The notes under the pieces: generated by a model
What the model was told of the DNA's origin: nothing
Seen by the model: the letters and a program-made list of their open reading frames with translations, nothing else
Databases searched by the model: none
Shown here: piece by piece, positions 8,852 to 17,294 of the stretch
Numbering within the stretch: the first letter of the stretch is position 1
How the letters are laid out: the number at the start of each line of letters is the position of its first letter
Position numbers and translations under genes: made by a program
Source of the DNA: Anaerolineae bacterium
GTDB taxonomy: Bacteria; Chloroflexota; Anaerolineae; Epilineales; Epilineaceae
Direction: 5' to 3'
Assembly: GCA_038913135.1 (NCBI GenBank)
Contig: JBCLES010000001.1
Location: 31,823-95,822 of the forward strand
Length of the DNA stretch: 64,000 nucleotides

Positions 8852-10312
8852 TCAGCGCGTTCTGCATCCGATGCGCCAAATCGGCGGATTCCAGAGTGGA
8901 TGAAAGTCGAGCGCGAGATGCTGCATTTCGAGACACTCCCGTGGCGGGTTCATCGGCCCTGCCGGCTTACCGGGATCCAGGAGCTCCTGCCACCCGCGAT
9001 ACTTTTCAGGGTTGGCAAGGGCGTCCGCGATCACCGCAGGTGGAACAAGGCGGTGAACGATGTCACAAACGCAGTGCGCCGAGACCGGCGGCGTCGGGGA
9101 CGGCGTTGGTCTCGGCGTGTTAGTCGGAGTCGGTGTCGGAGTCGGCGTGTTAGTCGGAGTCGGTGTCGGAGTCGGCGGCGCCGTAACGCACTCCCGAATG
9201 TTGATCGTGACTGTCTGGCGCGCATACTCCGCGCCGTCGCCGGACATGATAACGTCGATAACATAGTCGCCCGCTGCCGCTCCTGGGGGCGGAGCGACGG
9301 TCACCTCGAACGTGAAGGTTGCCCCGGTGTCGGGGATGACAACATCGGTATAGGAGGGCGGCACACTGGTCACCCAAGATTCGAGTGCTGCCGGCTCCGT
9401 ACGGATCGTGAGTGAGCCGATCCGGCCTGTGCTCGAATCGATCAAGTCCAGGATGACGTCTTCGAGCGTATCCGCAGCACCCGGCGCGACCGCAATGCCT
9501 CCCGGCGCCGTCAACTTCGCCCAGTGATCCCAATTCTGCACCGTTGCCGCGGAAGAGTCCGAGGCGTTCGCCACGACGAAGATAACCGTGGTGTCGCTGT
9601 CCTTGAGGCCGACAAGCGTTTCCTGGAAGTCGATATCGTCGGCACCCATACTGAAACCGGAATCACCGTCACGCCCTGGGTCGAGGAACGTCGGCGGCAA
9701 GCCCGTGACCCACGGCACCGCGTCCGGCAGTGGCACACCGCCTGCGCTCAAGTCGTCGTCGTGCGGATAGTTATCTCCGAAAACGATCAACACCTTGCGC
9801 GAGCCTTCTCGCCAGCCCAGTGAATTGTCCGGATGCGCGGCCTCGAAGAAGACCCGGCTGTACGCTTCCGGACCGTCGCCGCCGGAGCCCAGGGACATCG
9901 CTTCGATCTTGGTCGCAATTGCGCCGGCATCAGTAGTGATCGTCTGCTCCACCCGCCATGCCCAATCGCTCGGCACACCGTAAGGCGATATCGGATAATC
10001 GAGGAATGAGGCAAGTCCGAACTGAGCTCCGGGGAACGCTGCGAGCACCCCGTCCAAGATATCGGTCCCGCTGACCTTCATCTCGCTCAACGTGCTGCCC
10101 ATGCTGCCCGTGAGATCGAAGGCGAAGACGACGTCGAGGAGTGGCGGAACGGACGGGACGTGATGCTCGAACTCGAGCAGATGAGTGTCGCCCGGGCACA
10201 GCCCGATCGGCTCTTGAGCCGCGGGCGCCGCGGATGCAGGGACCGATTCGCGAGTCAAAACGCCGAAAGTAAAGCCAACGATCAGGACGGTCACTACAGG
10301 TGCGAGTCTCAT
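8852..10312 (-). CDS. Secreted VWA protein, tandem paralog A, with an unnamed Cys-containing C-terminal domain
   Basis: The signal peptide is MRLAPVVTVLIVGFTFGVL. An AAGGA Shine-Dalgarno lies 8 nt upstream of this ATG, and alternative ATGs lie at 10321 and 10360. Motifs are DVVFAFDLTGSM, GGDGPEAYSRV and FGDNYPHDDDL, followed by an Ig-like block, a PTPTPTNT linker and a 77-aa CxC...C...C tail. Confidence 0.8.
   Translation of the reverse strand: MRLAPVVTVLIVGFTFGVLTRESVPASAAPAAQEPIGLCPGDTHLLEFEHHVPSVPPLLDVVFAFDLTGSMGSTLSEMKVSGTDILDGVLAAFPGAQFGLASFLDYPISPYGVPSDWAWRVEQTITTDAGAIATKIEAMSLGSGGDGPEAYSRVFFEAAHPDNSLGWREGSRKVLIVFGDNYPHDDDLSAGGVPLPDAVPWVTGLPPTFLDPGRDGDSGFSMGADDIDFQETLVGLKDSDTTVIFVVANASDSSAATVQNWDHWAKLTAPGGIAVAPGAADTLEDVILDLIDSSTGRIGSLTIRTEPAALESWVTSVPPSYTDVVIPDTGATFTFEVTVAPPPGAAAGDYVIDVIMSGDGAEYARQTVTINIRECVTAPPTPTPTPTNTPTPTPTPTNTPRPTPSPTPPVSAHCVCDIVHRLVPPAVIADALANPEKYRGWQELLDPGKPAGPMNPPRECLEMQHLALDFHPLWNPPIWRIGCRTR
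9112..9177 (-). repeat. In-frame 30-bp tandem repeat (2.2 copies) encoding a PTPTPTNTPT linker
   Basis: tcggcgtgttagtcggagtcggtgtcggag occurs twice back to back and is followed by a partial copy. Confidence 0.9.
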
Positions 10313-10366
10313 GGCGGGCATCCTTGCGTTGCGATCAATCGGGTAGGCGGGGTTCAGCACTTATGG

Positions 10367-11770
10367 TCAACGCGTCCTGCAGCCGATACGCCAGATCGGC
10401 GGATTCCACAGCGGGTGATAGTCGAGAGCCAAGTGTTGCATTTCGAGACACTCGCGCGGCGGGTTCATCGGTCCTGCCGGCTTGCCGGGATCCAGGAGCT
10501 CCTGCCACCCGCGATACTTCTCCGGATTGGCGAGGGCGTCCGCGATCACAGCCGGTGGGACAAGGCGGCGCACTACGTCGCAGACACAATGCGCTGAGAC
10601 AGGCGGCGGCGGGGAAGGCGTAGGCGGCGGCGGCGGCGGTGTCAAACACACACTGATGTTGATCGTGACGGTTTCCCGGGCGTATTCGGCTCCGTCGCCC
10701 GACATGACGACATCGATCACATAGTCGCCGGAAGCCGCGCCTACAGGTGGCGCGACGGTCACTTCGAAAGTGAAGGTCGCACCCGTGTCGGGGATGATCA
10801 CATCCGTGTATGCGGCCGGATCGCTAGTAACCCATGACTCGAGCGCCGCCGGTTCAGTTCGGATCATAAGGGAGCCTATGCGGCCGGTGCTTGAATCGAT
10901 CACGCCGAGGATTACGTCCTCGAGCGTATCGGTGGCGCCTGGAGCGACTGCGACACCGCCTGGCGCCGTCAACTTCGACCAGTGATCCCAATTTCTCACG
11001 GTCGAGGCCGAGGCGTCGGAGGCGTTGGCGACTACGAAGAGCAAGGTGGTGTCAGAGTCCTTCAGCCCAACAAGCGTCTCCTGGAAGTCGATGTCGTCGG
11101 CATCAGAACTGACACCCGTGTCGCCGTCGCGGCCCGGATCGAGGAACGTCGGCGGCCGGCCCGTAACCCACGGAGTGCCACCCGGCGCCGGCACACCGCC
11201 CGCGCTCAAGTCGTCGTCGTGTGGATAGTTGTCACCGAAGACGATCAGGACTTTGCGGGAGCCCATGCGCCACCCAAGCGAGTTGTCCGGATGAGCGGCC
11301 TCGAATAGTACACGGCTATACGATTCAGGTCCGTCCCCGCCCCCACCGACCGTCATCCCTCCGATCGCGGTTATTATGGCGACGGCATCGGTTGTGATCG
11401 TCTGCTCAACCCGCCAAGCCCAATCACCCGTTCCGCCGTACGGCGAGATCGGATAATCGCGGAAGGAGGCCAACCCGAATTGCGCGCCAGGGAACTTGGT
11501 AAGCACGCCGCCGAGAATGTCCGTCGCGCTCGCCTTCATTTCACTCACCGTGCTCGCCATGCTGCCTGTGAGGTCGAAAACGAAGACGATATCCAGGAGC
11601 GGAGGCACCGCCGGGACGTGATGCTCGAATTCGAGAACGTGCGTTTCCCCCGGGCATAACCCGATCGGCTCCTGCGCTGCCGGTTTCGCGGCGGCCGGGA
11701 TAGGTGACTGGGTCATGAATCCGGCTAATAGAACGAGTAAGAGAACAATCCCTGCAAGCGCGCGTCTCAT
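10367..11770 (-). CDS. Secreted VWA protein, tandem paralog B
   Basis: The architecture matches 8852-10312 and the protein sequences are mostly identical. The signal peptide is MRRALAGIVLLLVLLAG, with an alternative ATG at 11779. The poly-Pro linker is PPPPPPTPSPPP. The C-terminal domain is nearly identical to paralog A. Confidence 0.8.
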   Translation of the reverse strand: MRRALAGIVLLLVLLAGFMTQSPIPAAAKPAAQEPIGLCPGETHVLEFEHHVPAVPPLLDIVFVFDLTGSMASTVSEMKASATDILGGVLTKFPGAQFGLASFRDYPISPYGGTGDWAWRVEQTITTDAVAIITAIGGMTVGGGGDGPESYSRVLFEAAHPDNSLGWRMGSRKVLIVFGDNYPHDDDLSAGGVPAPGGTPWVTGRPPTFLDPGRDGDTGVSSDADDIDFQETLVGLKDSDTTLLFVVANASDASASTVRNWDHWSKLTAPGGVAVAPGATDTLEDVILGVIDSSTGRIGSLMIRTEPAALESWVTSDPAAYTDVIIPDTGATFTFEVTVAPPVGAASGDYVIDVVMSGDGAEYARETVTINISVCLTPPPPPPTPSPPPPVSAHCVCDVVRRLVPPAVIADALANPEKYRGWQELLDPGKPAGPMNPPRECLEMQHLALDYHPLWNPPIWRIGCRTR

Positions 11771-12057
11771 GGCTGGCATCCTTAGCTATTTGGAGCGGTC
11801 GGGCAGGCGAGGTTGATCTGTGCGAATACTGCCTGATTCTTATGGAGTTGTACTTTTGCAGAAATCTACAGGCAATCCGCGCTATCGCTGACAGTCTAGT
11901 CGTTTTTCGGCCGGATTTGGTTTCACGACTTTTCCTGGCGCCACTTCAAACCCACAAGAATTGAGAAACATCCAGGGTGCGCTTGGTCGATGAAATTGGC
12001 CAGGATCTTATCAACGTGCCGAATCTACATGCCGAACCTAAGGTCGAAGCGGACGTT

Positions 12058-13236
12058 TCAGCCTATCTCCTCGAGAGCCTCAGGTCCGGCACTAGGTCCG
12101 GCACTGGGTTCGGGATTTTGGCTTGGGTTCGAGCCATTGGTTCTCGATCCATCCTTAGCGACCGATTCGTTACGGATGAAAGCCTCGGTCATGTCGTGGG
12201 CCACCGAATCGGAATGCTGGTGCGGTGGGCTCTTCATCAAATATGCTGCCGGCCCCTCGAGCGTTCCCGCGATCCCTCGATCGAGCGCGAGCTTGATCAA
12301 TCGGACGGCGTCGATGACGACACCGGCCGAGTTCGGGCTGTCCCAGACCTCGAGCTTGAGTTCGATGTTCAGCGGAACGTCGCCGAACGCTGAACCTTCA
12401 AGCCGGATGTGAGCCCACTTCCTATCCGTAAGCCATGGCACGTAATCGCTGGGACCGACGTGAACGTTGTCGGGATCGAGCTCGTAGTCGAGCTGGCTCG
12501 TGACCGCATTAGTTTTAGAGATCTTTTTAGATTCGAGACGAGCCCTTTCGAGCATGTTGAAGAAGTCCATGTTGCCGCCGACGTTGAGCTGGCTCGTCCG
12601 TTCAAGACGCACGCCCCGTTCGCGGAACAAATGAGCCAGGACGCGATGGACGATCGTCGCGCCGACTTGGCTCTTGATGTCGTCGCCGATCATCGGCAGA
12701 CCGCGCGCCTCGAAGCGTTCCTGCCAATAATCTTCCCGGGCGATGAAGACCGGAATGCAGTTGACGAAGCCACAGCCCGCCTCTAGGACCTGCTCGACAT
12801 ACCACTTTGTTGCCATCTCGCTTCCGACCGGCAAGTAGTTGACGACGACATCCGTCTTGGTCTCTCGCAGGATTTCGGAGACTTTCGCTGTTGGCCCCGG
12901 CGCCTTCTTGATGCGTTGTGATAGATACTTGCCCAGTCCGTCGTGCGTCATCCCGCGTTCGACGCGCACGCCTAGGTCAGGAACGTCGGCGAACTTCAGC
13001 GTATTGTTCTGGCCGGCCCAGATCGCCTGTCCAAGGTCCAGCCCTACCTTTTCGATATCGATGTCGAAGGCGGCGGAGAATTCGATGTCGCGCACGTGAT
13101 AGCCGCCGAGATCGACGTGCATCAACCCGGGCACGAAGTCGTCGCTAGCTGCGTTCTGGTAGTACTGCACGCCTTGGATCAGAGACGACGCGCAATTGCC
13201 GACGCCAATGATCGCGACTCGGACAGGCTTACTCAC
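12058..13236 (-). CDS. ino1: myo-Inositol-1-phosphate synthase
   Basis: Motifs [18 protein letters not shown] (NAD-binding), [21 protein letters not shown] and [13 protein letters not shown] are as in bacterial and archaeal MIPS. I chose the GTG at 13236 because it follows GGAG with a 5-nt spacer. The ORF extends upstream to 13410. Confidence 0.85.
   Translation of the reverse strand: MSKPVRVAIIGVGNCASSLIQGVQYYQNAASDDFVPGLMHVDLGGYHVRDIEFSAAFDIDIEKVGLDLGQAIWAGQNNTLKFADVPDLGVRVERGMTHDGLGKYLSQRIKKAPGPTAKVSEILRETKTDVVVNYLPVGSEMATKWYVEQVLEAGCGFVNCIPVFIAREDYWQERFEARGLPMIGDDIKSQVGATIVHRVLAHLFRERGVRLERTSQLNVGGNMDFFNMLERARLESKKISKTNAVTSQLDYELDPDNVHVGPSDYVPWLTDRKWAHIRLEGSAFGDVPLNIELKLEVWDSPNSAGVVIDAVRLIKLALDRGIAGTLEGPAAYLMKSPPHQHSDSVAHDMTEAFIRNESVAKDGSRTNGSNPSQNPEPSAGPSAGPEALEEIG
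12082..12105 (-). repeat. In-frame 12-bp tandem duplication (PSAG x2) in the ino1 C-terminal tail
   Basis: aggtccggcact occurs twice back to back. Confidence 0.85.
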
Positions 13237-13297
13237 AATGGCTCCACGATGAGAAGTATGACAGGCGGCGAGACCACGCGGAACGCGCGCTCGAAAG

Positions 13298-13705
13298 TTA
13301 AGCGGAGCTGCCGTTCCCGACGCTGACGGCCGTGCCTGCGGCAGACGTGACGATAAGCGAATCGTCTCGATAACGCTCACCGACTTCAACCAACATGACC
13401 GGAATTCCATCCTCGATCGGATAGCGATAGCCGTTGCGCCGATTGACCAGCCACTTGCCGTCGATGAGGACTAGCGGGCCTTTATCGAGCGGGCAAACGA
13501 GGCGCTCTATGAGTTCGGCGCTGACTGCTCCACCCAGCGCGGATTCGTCGATCGCATATGGATCTTCGTTGTCGTCGCCGAAGCTGAAGCCCTGATCACC
13601 AACACCATCCGGCGACCCTTTGAACCAGTCGAACAACTTCGACGCCGCTATGCCCAGCGCGAACAGCGCGCCAACTCGCATGATGAACTTTAGAACTGTA
13701 CGCAT
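13298..13705 (-). CDS. Membrane-anchored Trm112/YcaR-like (UPF0434) small protein
   Basis: An N-terminal TM helix ([19 protein letters not shown]) is followed by the C-terminal motif [10 protein letters not shown]...[15 protein letters not shown], typical of the Trm112p-like fold. An AGGAG Shine-Dalgarno lies upstream. Confidence 0.6.
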   Translation of the reverse strand: MRTVLKFIMRVGALFALGIAASKLFDWFKGSPDGVGDQGFSFGDDNEDPYAIDESALGGAVSAELIERLVCPLDKGPLVLIDGKWLVNRRNGYRYPIEDGIPVMLVEVGERYRDDSLIVTSAAGTAVSVGNGSSA

Positions 13706-13773
13706 GGTCTACTCCTGACAGATGCTGCCGCGCGGGGTACCGAAACCTTCGTTCAACTAGGGCGGGCGGCGGC

Positions 13774-13802
13774 ATTATATGTCCGCCGCAAGAGGCCCGC
13801 AA
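13774..13802 (-). promoter_or_regulatory. Sigma70-type promoter for the trm112-like/ino1 operon
   Basis: On the minus strand the sequence is TTGCGG, a 17-nt spacer, then TATAAT (a perfect -10). It lies about 65 nt upstream of the ATG at 13705, which has an AGGAG Shine-Dalgarno. Confidence 0.5.
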
Positions 13803-13865
13803 CCGAATTGATATCAAAGGCAAGGTCACTCGCACCCGTCAAACGGTTGACCGGACAGCGCCGCT

Positions 13866-15704
13866 TCAACGACGCCCGAACGAGCGCTCGATGAAGTCGG
13901 CGCCGAGGACGATGACCGTCGGCCGACCGTGTGGACAAGTATGCGGGGCATGGCATTGTTCGAGTGCGCCGACCAGTGCGCGGATCTCGGCATAGGTAAG
14001 CGCCTGACCCGCCTTTACCGACCCACGCTTACAGGCAGCACGTGCGAGCCGCTCCTCTACGGCTCGCTCCACGGGTACTTCGTCCTCGTCCGCACCTTGT
14101 AGCACGCCGCGGAGCAAAGCCGCCGGCTCTGACTTCGACAGGATCTCCGGAACAGCGCGCAGGATGAGCGCGGCATCGCCGAAAGCTTCGACCAGGAAGC
14201 CAATCTTCTCGAGGCCTTGACCCAGCCGGCCGAAGGCCTCCGCTTCGTCGGCCGAGAGCTCGACGACGAGCGGCTCGAGCAAGGTTTGGCTGGCCGGGCT
14301 GCCGGTTCGCGCAAGCAACATCTCGAAGACGATGCGCTCGTGCGCGGCATGCTGGTCGATCAGATAGAGGGCGTCCGGACCTTCCGCGACAATGTAGCAT
14401 CTGGCGATCTGGCCGAGCACTCGCAAGGGCGGCAGCCGATCGGAGGGCCCGGTCCCTTGATCCGCCGGCCCTACGTCCCAACCCTCTATAGTGTGAGGCG
14501 CCTCTCCATCGCCCGACGATTCGACGAAGTCGTATTTGGACCGGACTTCCGCGATTCGGTTGGACGGATCAAAGTCCTGTGGCCGCCAGAGATGTCGCGA
14601 AGTCGTAAAAGGCTTATCGAGCGACGCCCCGATCCGACCCGCGCCCAGGGAGCCGATCACAGCATCTCGGACCACGCCGAACATTCTGTCAGGCGCCTTG
14701 AAACGCACCTCGGTCTTTGCGGGATGAACATTGACGTCGACCGCTTCCGGCGGCAGCTCGATCGAGACGACGGCGATCGGATAGCGGCGCTCGGGAATTC
14801 GAGTTCGATAAGCCTGCACGACGGCCGCCGTCAAACGGGCGTCCTTCACCAGCCTGCCGTTGACGAAGAGAGTAATGCCGCGTCGATTCGCCCTGTGGAG
14901 GTGAGCCGATCCGGCCGCGCCACGCACGCGGATCATCCGATCTTGAGACCCCGAACCGTCATACGACTCACTGTATGCTATTTCGAGCAAGTCGCGCGCG
15001 ACTTCCGCGCCGAACACCGCGCCAATCGCTGCCTTCAGACCGCCCCGACCGGGACTATCCAGCACCCGGCGATCGTTCCTGTCGAGCGTGAACCGAATGT
15101 TCGGATAGGCCAGAGCGTATTGGGTCACGATCTCCGTGACACGGCCGGATTCCGCGGCATCGCTGTTCAAGAACTCGCGCCGCGCGGGGACGTCCCTGAA
15201 AAGGTGCTCCACCGTAATGCGTGTCCCGATCGGAGCGCCCGCGGGCCCTTGTTCGACCAAGCGACCTCCCTCGACCACGACACGTCGACCGTCCGCGGCA
15301 TCTTCTGGACGTGAGATGAGCGACACCCGAGCGACCGAGCAGATAGCTGCCAGCGCTTCGCCTCGAAAGCCTAAGGTTCGGATCGATGCCAGGGAGAGTT
15401 CGTCGTCGAGCTTGCTCGTTGCGTGCCGCTCCACCGCCAGCTCGATCTCGTCGGCTGGGATGCCTGACCCGTCGTCGGATATTGAGATCCAGGATCGTCC
15501 GCCTTCGCGTATCGTGACATCGATCCGCGTCGCTCCCGCGTCGATACTGTTCTCGACCAGCTCCTTGACCACGCTTGCGGGCCGTTCGACCACCTCGCCG
15601 GCCGCTATGCGAGAAATCGTCAACTCGTCGAGCCTGTGTATCGAACGCGGTGGGGATCCGCCGGTTGGTCGCTCTCGTTCAGACACGGTCGATGACTCCG
15701 ACAT
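13866..15704 (-). CDS. mutL: DNA mismatch repair protein MutL
   Basis: The GHKL ATPase N-terminus reads ISRIAAGEVVERPASVVKELVENSIDAGA and RTLGFRGEALAAI. The C-terminal dimerisation and endonuclease region includes DQHAAHERI. Confidence 0.9.
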   Translation of the reverse strand: MSESSTVSERERPTGGSPPRSIHRLDELTISRIAAGEVVERPASVVKELVENSIDAGATRIDVTIREGGRSWISISDDGSGIPADEIELAVERHATSKLDDELSLASIRTLGFRGEALAAICSVARVSLISRPEDAADGRRVVVEGGRLVEQGPAGAPIGTRITVEHLFRDVPARREFLNSDAAESGRVTEIVTQYALAYPNIRFTLDRNDRRVLDSPGRGGLKAAIGAVFGAEVARDLLEIAYSESYDGSGSQDRMIRVRGAAGSAHLHRANRRGITLFVNGRLVKDARLTAAVVQAYRTRIPERRYPIAVVSIELPPEAVDVNVHPAKTEVRFKAPDRMFGVVRDAVIGSLGAGRIGASLDKPFTTSRHLWRPQDFDPSNRIAEVRSKYDFVESSGDGEAPHTIEGWDVGPADQGTGPSDRLPPLRVLGQIARCYIVAEGPDALYLIDQHAAHERIVFEMLLARTGSPASQTLLEPLVVELSADEAEAFGRLGQGLEKIGFLVEAFGDAALILRAVPEILSKSEPAALLRGVLQGADEDEVPVERAVEERLARAACKRGSVKAGQALTYAEIRALVGALEQCHAPHTCPHGRPTVIVLGADFIERSFGRR

Positions 15705-15749
15705 GGGCCGGACTCGGACTTCGGTGCAGCTTCGGTTGCGCCGAATCGC

Positions 15750-17294
15750 TTGCGCGCGCTAGACTGCGCCGCGCCTGCACTTGCGGCCTCGATAATAGCG
15801 TGGAAACGACCTTTGAAGTCTGCTGAGCGTAACCTGCGACACGAAGCCGCTGCGCTAGCCGTTGCCATGTTCGCCGTTTTGGCGCTGACTGCGGCGTCGA
15901 GCCGGACCGCCGGGGCGCAACAAATCTGGATCGAGTCGCGGAGCCCTTCAGATCGATTCGTCGTGCTCTCGAGCGCCGGCGACACGGATGCCGCCGCCCT
16001 AGCGGGCGCGATCGATGGCATGCACGACGGACTGAGCGCGCTTTTCGGCGGCCGACTGCCGGGGCCGATCACGGTGAAGATCCATCCATCGCGCGAAGTC
16101 TATCTAGGCGCGAATCCGCTCGTCGCCCGCGTCGGAGAGGCCGATGCCACAATCCGCCGAGCGCGAAGGGCGATCGACGTTTACCGTCGGCCGGCTGAGG
16201 CCGGCCCAGCGGCGGCGGCTCTCGAGCGCGACGTCCGCTACGCGATGGCCCATCTCTTCATCGCTCGAAAGAGCGGCGGACGTATGGCGCCGGGAATGCA
16301 GGAAGGATTGGCGCGCTACCTCGCGGATCGGCCGTCGGCCGAGGAGGGGCCAGGGCAGGGCGTTGTTTCAGGGGTGGCTCGACTACGGGATGCCTGGCGC
16401 GACGGCGGGCTCAAAGGGTGGGACGAGCTGTCGGCGCCCGGTGCCGCATATCTCGACCCCGAAGTAGCCCAGCCGCAAAGCCTATCGATAATCCACTTTT
16501 TGGTCGAAGTGAAAGGACTAGGCGCTGTGCTGGATCTTGTTGGAGTCTCGGCCGTTTCCGAAGGCTGGCGTGATGCCTTCGATGCCGCGTTCTCGCGTTC
16601 GCCGAGCGCGCTCGAGGCGGCATGGCTACAGTGGCTGCCGGGATACCTAGGCGGCGGATGGCAGCATCACGAGCTTTACGTCGACGGCGTCGACCGAGCC
16701 GAACAATTGATTCGCTCTGGGCGGTATGAAGCAGCACGCGACCGCATCATCGCCACTATGGCACTGCTCGAAGGTCAGGATCCGGGCGCCGCTGCGCGGG
16801 CAAAATCACTTCTCGACCGCGCCGAGCAAGGTCTAGTCGACTCGGAGGCACTTCTTAGCGCGAATCAGGCTCTCGAGGACGGTCGTTACGAGACCGCAGA
16901 AAGTCTGGCCGGTTCACTTCTGGGCCGCGACTCCGAAAGCGAAAGCGCTGGGCGCGCGCAGGAGGCAGCGCAAGAGATAGCTCGGAGGGCCAGGATTGGA
17001 CGCGAGTCGGAGGAGGCGCTCGAGGGGGCGCTGGTCGGCAGCGGATGGCGCTCACCGATCGCGCGCCGAGAGGCGAGCCGCGCCGTCAACGGATTCTCGC
17101 TTCTAGGCGACGAGATCAGCGCCGAGTCGGCGCGCAACGTTTACGGGAGCAGCGGCTCGGCGCTCGGTCCGCTCGGCTTCCTGTTGATCGCGGCCGGCTG
17201 CGCCGTCATGGCAAGAAACGTGCACCAGCGGCGGTTCGACCATTCCGGCGTCTCGGGGCGCGATGTATTATCGACCGAGCGCCGTAGGCCGTGA
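15750..17294 (+). CDS. Signal-anchored protein with an inactive peptidase-MA-like domain and a helical repeat region
   Basis: YAMAH sits where HExxH is expected and is followed by QEGLARYL, resembling the EGLAEY third-ligand motif. The second half is helical and Ala/Glu/Arg-rich. A C-terminal TM is present (LGFLLIAAGCAVMA). The start is uncertain: the TTG at 15813 or the ATG at 15867 would give a cleaner signal peptide than the TTG at 15750. Confidence 0.6.
   Translation: MRALDCAAPALAASIIAWKRPLKSAERNLRHEAAALAVAMFAVLALTAASSRTAGAQQIWIESRSPSDRFVVLSSAGDTDAAALAGAIDGMHDGLSALFGGRLPGPITVKIHPSREVYLGANPLVARVGEADATIRRARRAIDVYRRPAEAGPAAAALERDVRYAMAHLFIARKSGGRMAPGMQEGLARYLADRPSAEEGPGQGVVSGVARLRDAWRDGGLKGWDELSAPGAAYLDPEVAQPQSLSIIHFLVEVKGLGAVLDLVGVSAVSEGWRDAFDAAFSRSPSALEAAWLQWLPGYLGGGWQHHELYVDGVDRAEQLIRSGRYEAARDRIIATMALLEGQDPGAAARAKSLLDRAEQGLVDSEALLSANQALEDGRYETAESLAGSLLGRDSESESAGRAQEAAQEIARRARIGRESEEALEGALVGSGWRSPIARREASRAVNGFSLLGDEISAESARNVYGSSGSALGPLGFLLIAAGCAVMARNVHQRRFDHSGVSGRDVLSTERRRP

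Larger units (their letters stand above)
8852..11779 (-). repeat. Tandem duplication of a ~1.45-kb gene (two head-to-tail paralogs separated by 6 nt)
   Basis: The proteins are collinear and mostly identical. The DNA of the 3' ends is about 85% identical by eye and includes a 35-nt perfect run, ccgggatccaggagctcctgccacccgcgatactt. Confidence 0.85.

Noticed and set aside
9112-9177. Direct repeats that might suggest a CRISPR array (also 49979-50068)
   Set aside because: The units are contiguous with no spacers. They are 15-30 bp long, in frame and inside coding genes, so they are coding mini/microsatellites and not CRISPR.
7832-9415. Plus-strand ORFs 7832-8731 and 8735-9415
   Set aside because: They are antisense shadows of the NHL/VWA gene and of VWA paralog A.
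8852-11779. Duplicated ~1.45-kb segment as a possible insertion sequence or mobile element
   Set aside because: It has no transposase or integrase, no terminal inverted repeats and no target-site duplication. Both copies are intact surface-protein genes.
11780-12057. Candidate sigma70 promoter TTGCCT-17-TACAAC (11847-11875, minus strand) and possible small RNA in the 278-bp AT-richer gap upstream of VWA paralog B
   Set aside because: The -10 and -35 matches are only moderate and nothing corroborates them. No stable structure or ORF was evident.
14217-15314. 365-aa plus-strand ORF
   Set aside because: It lies entirely antisense to mutL, which has unambiguous motifs.
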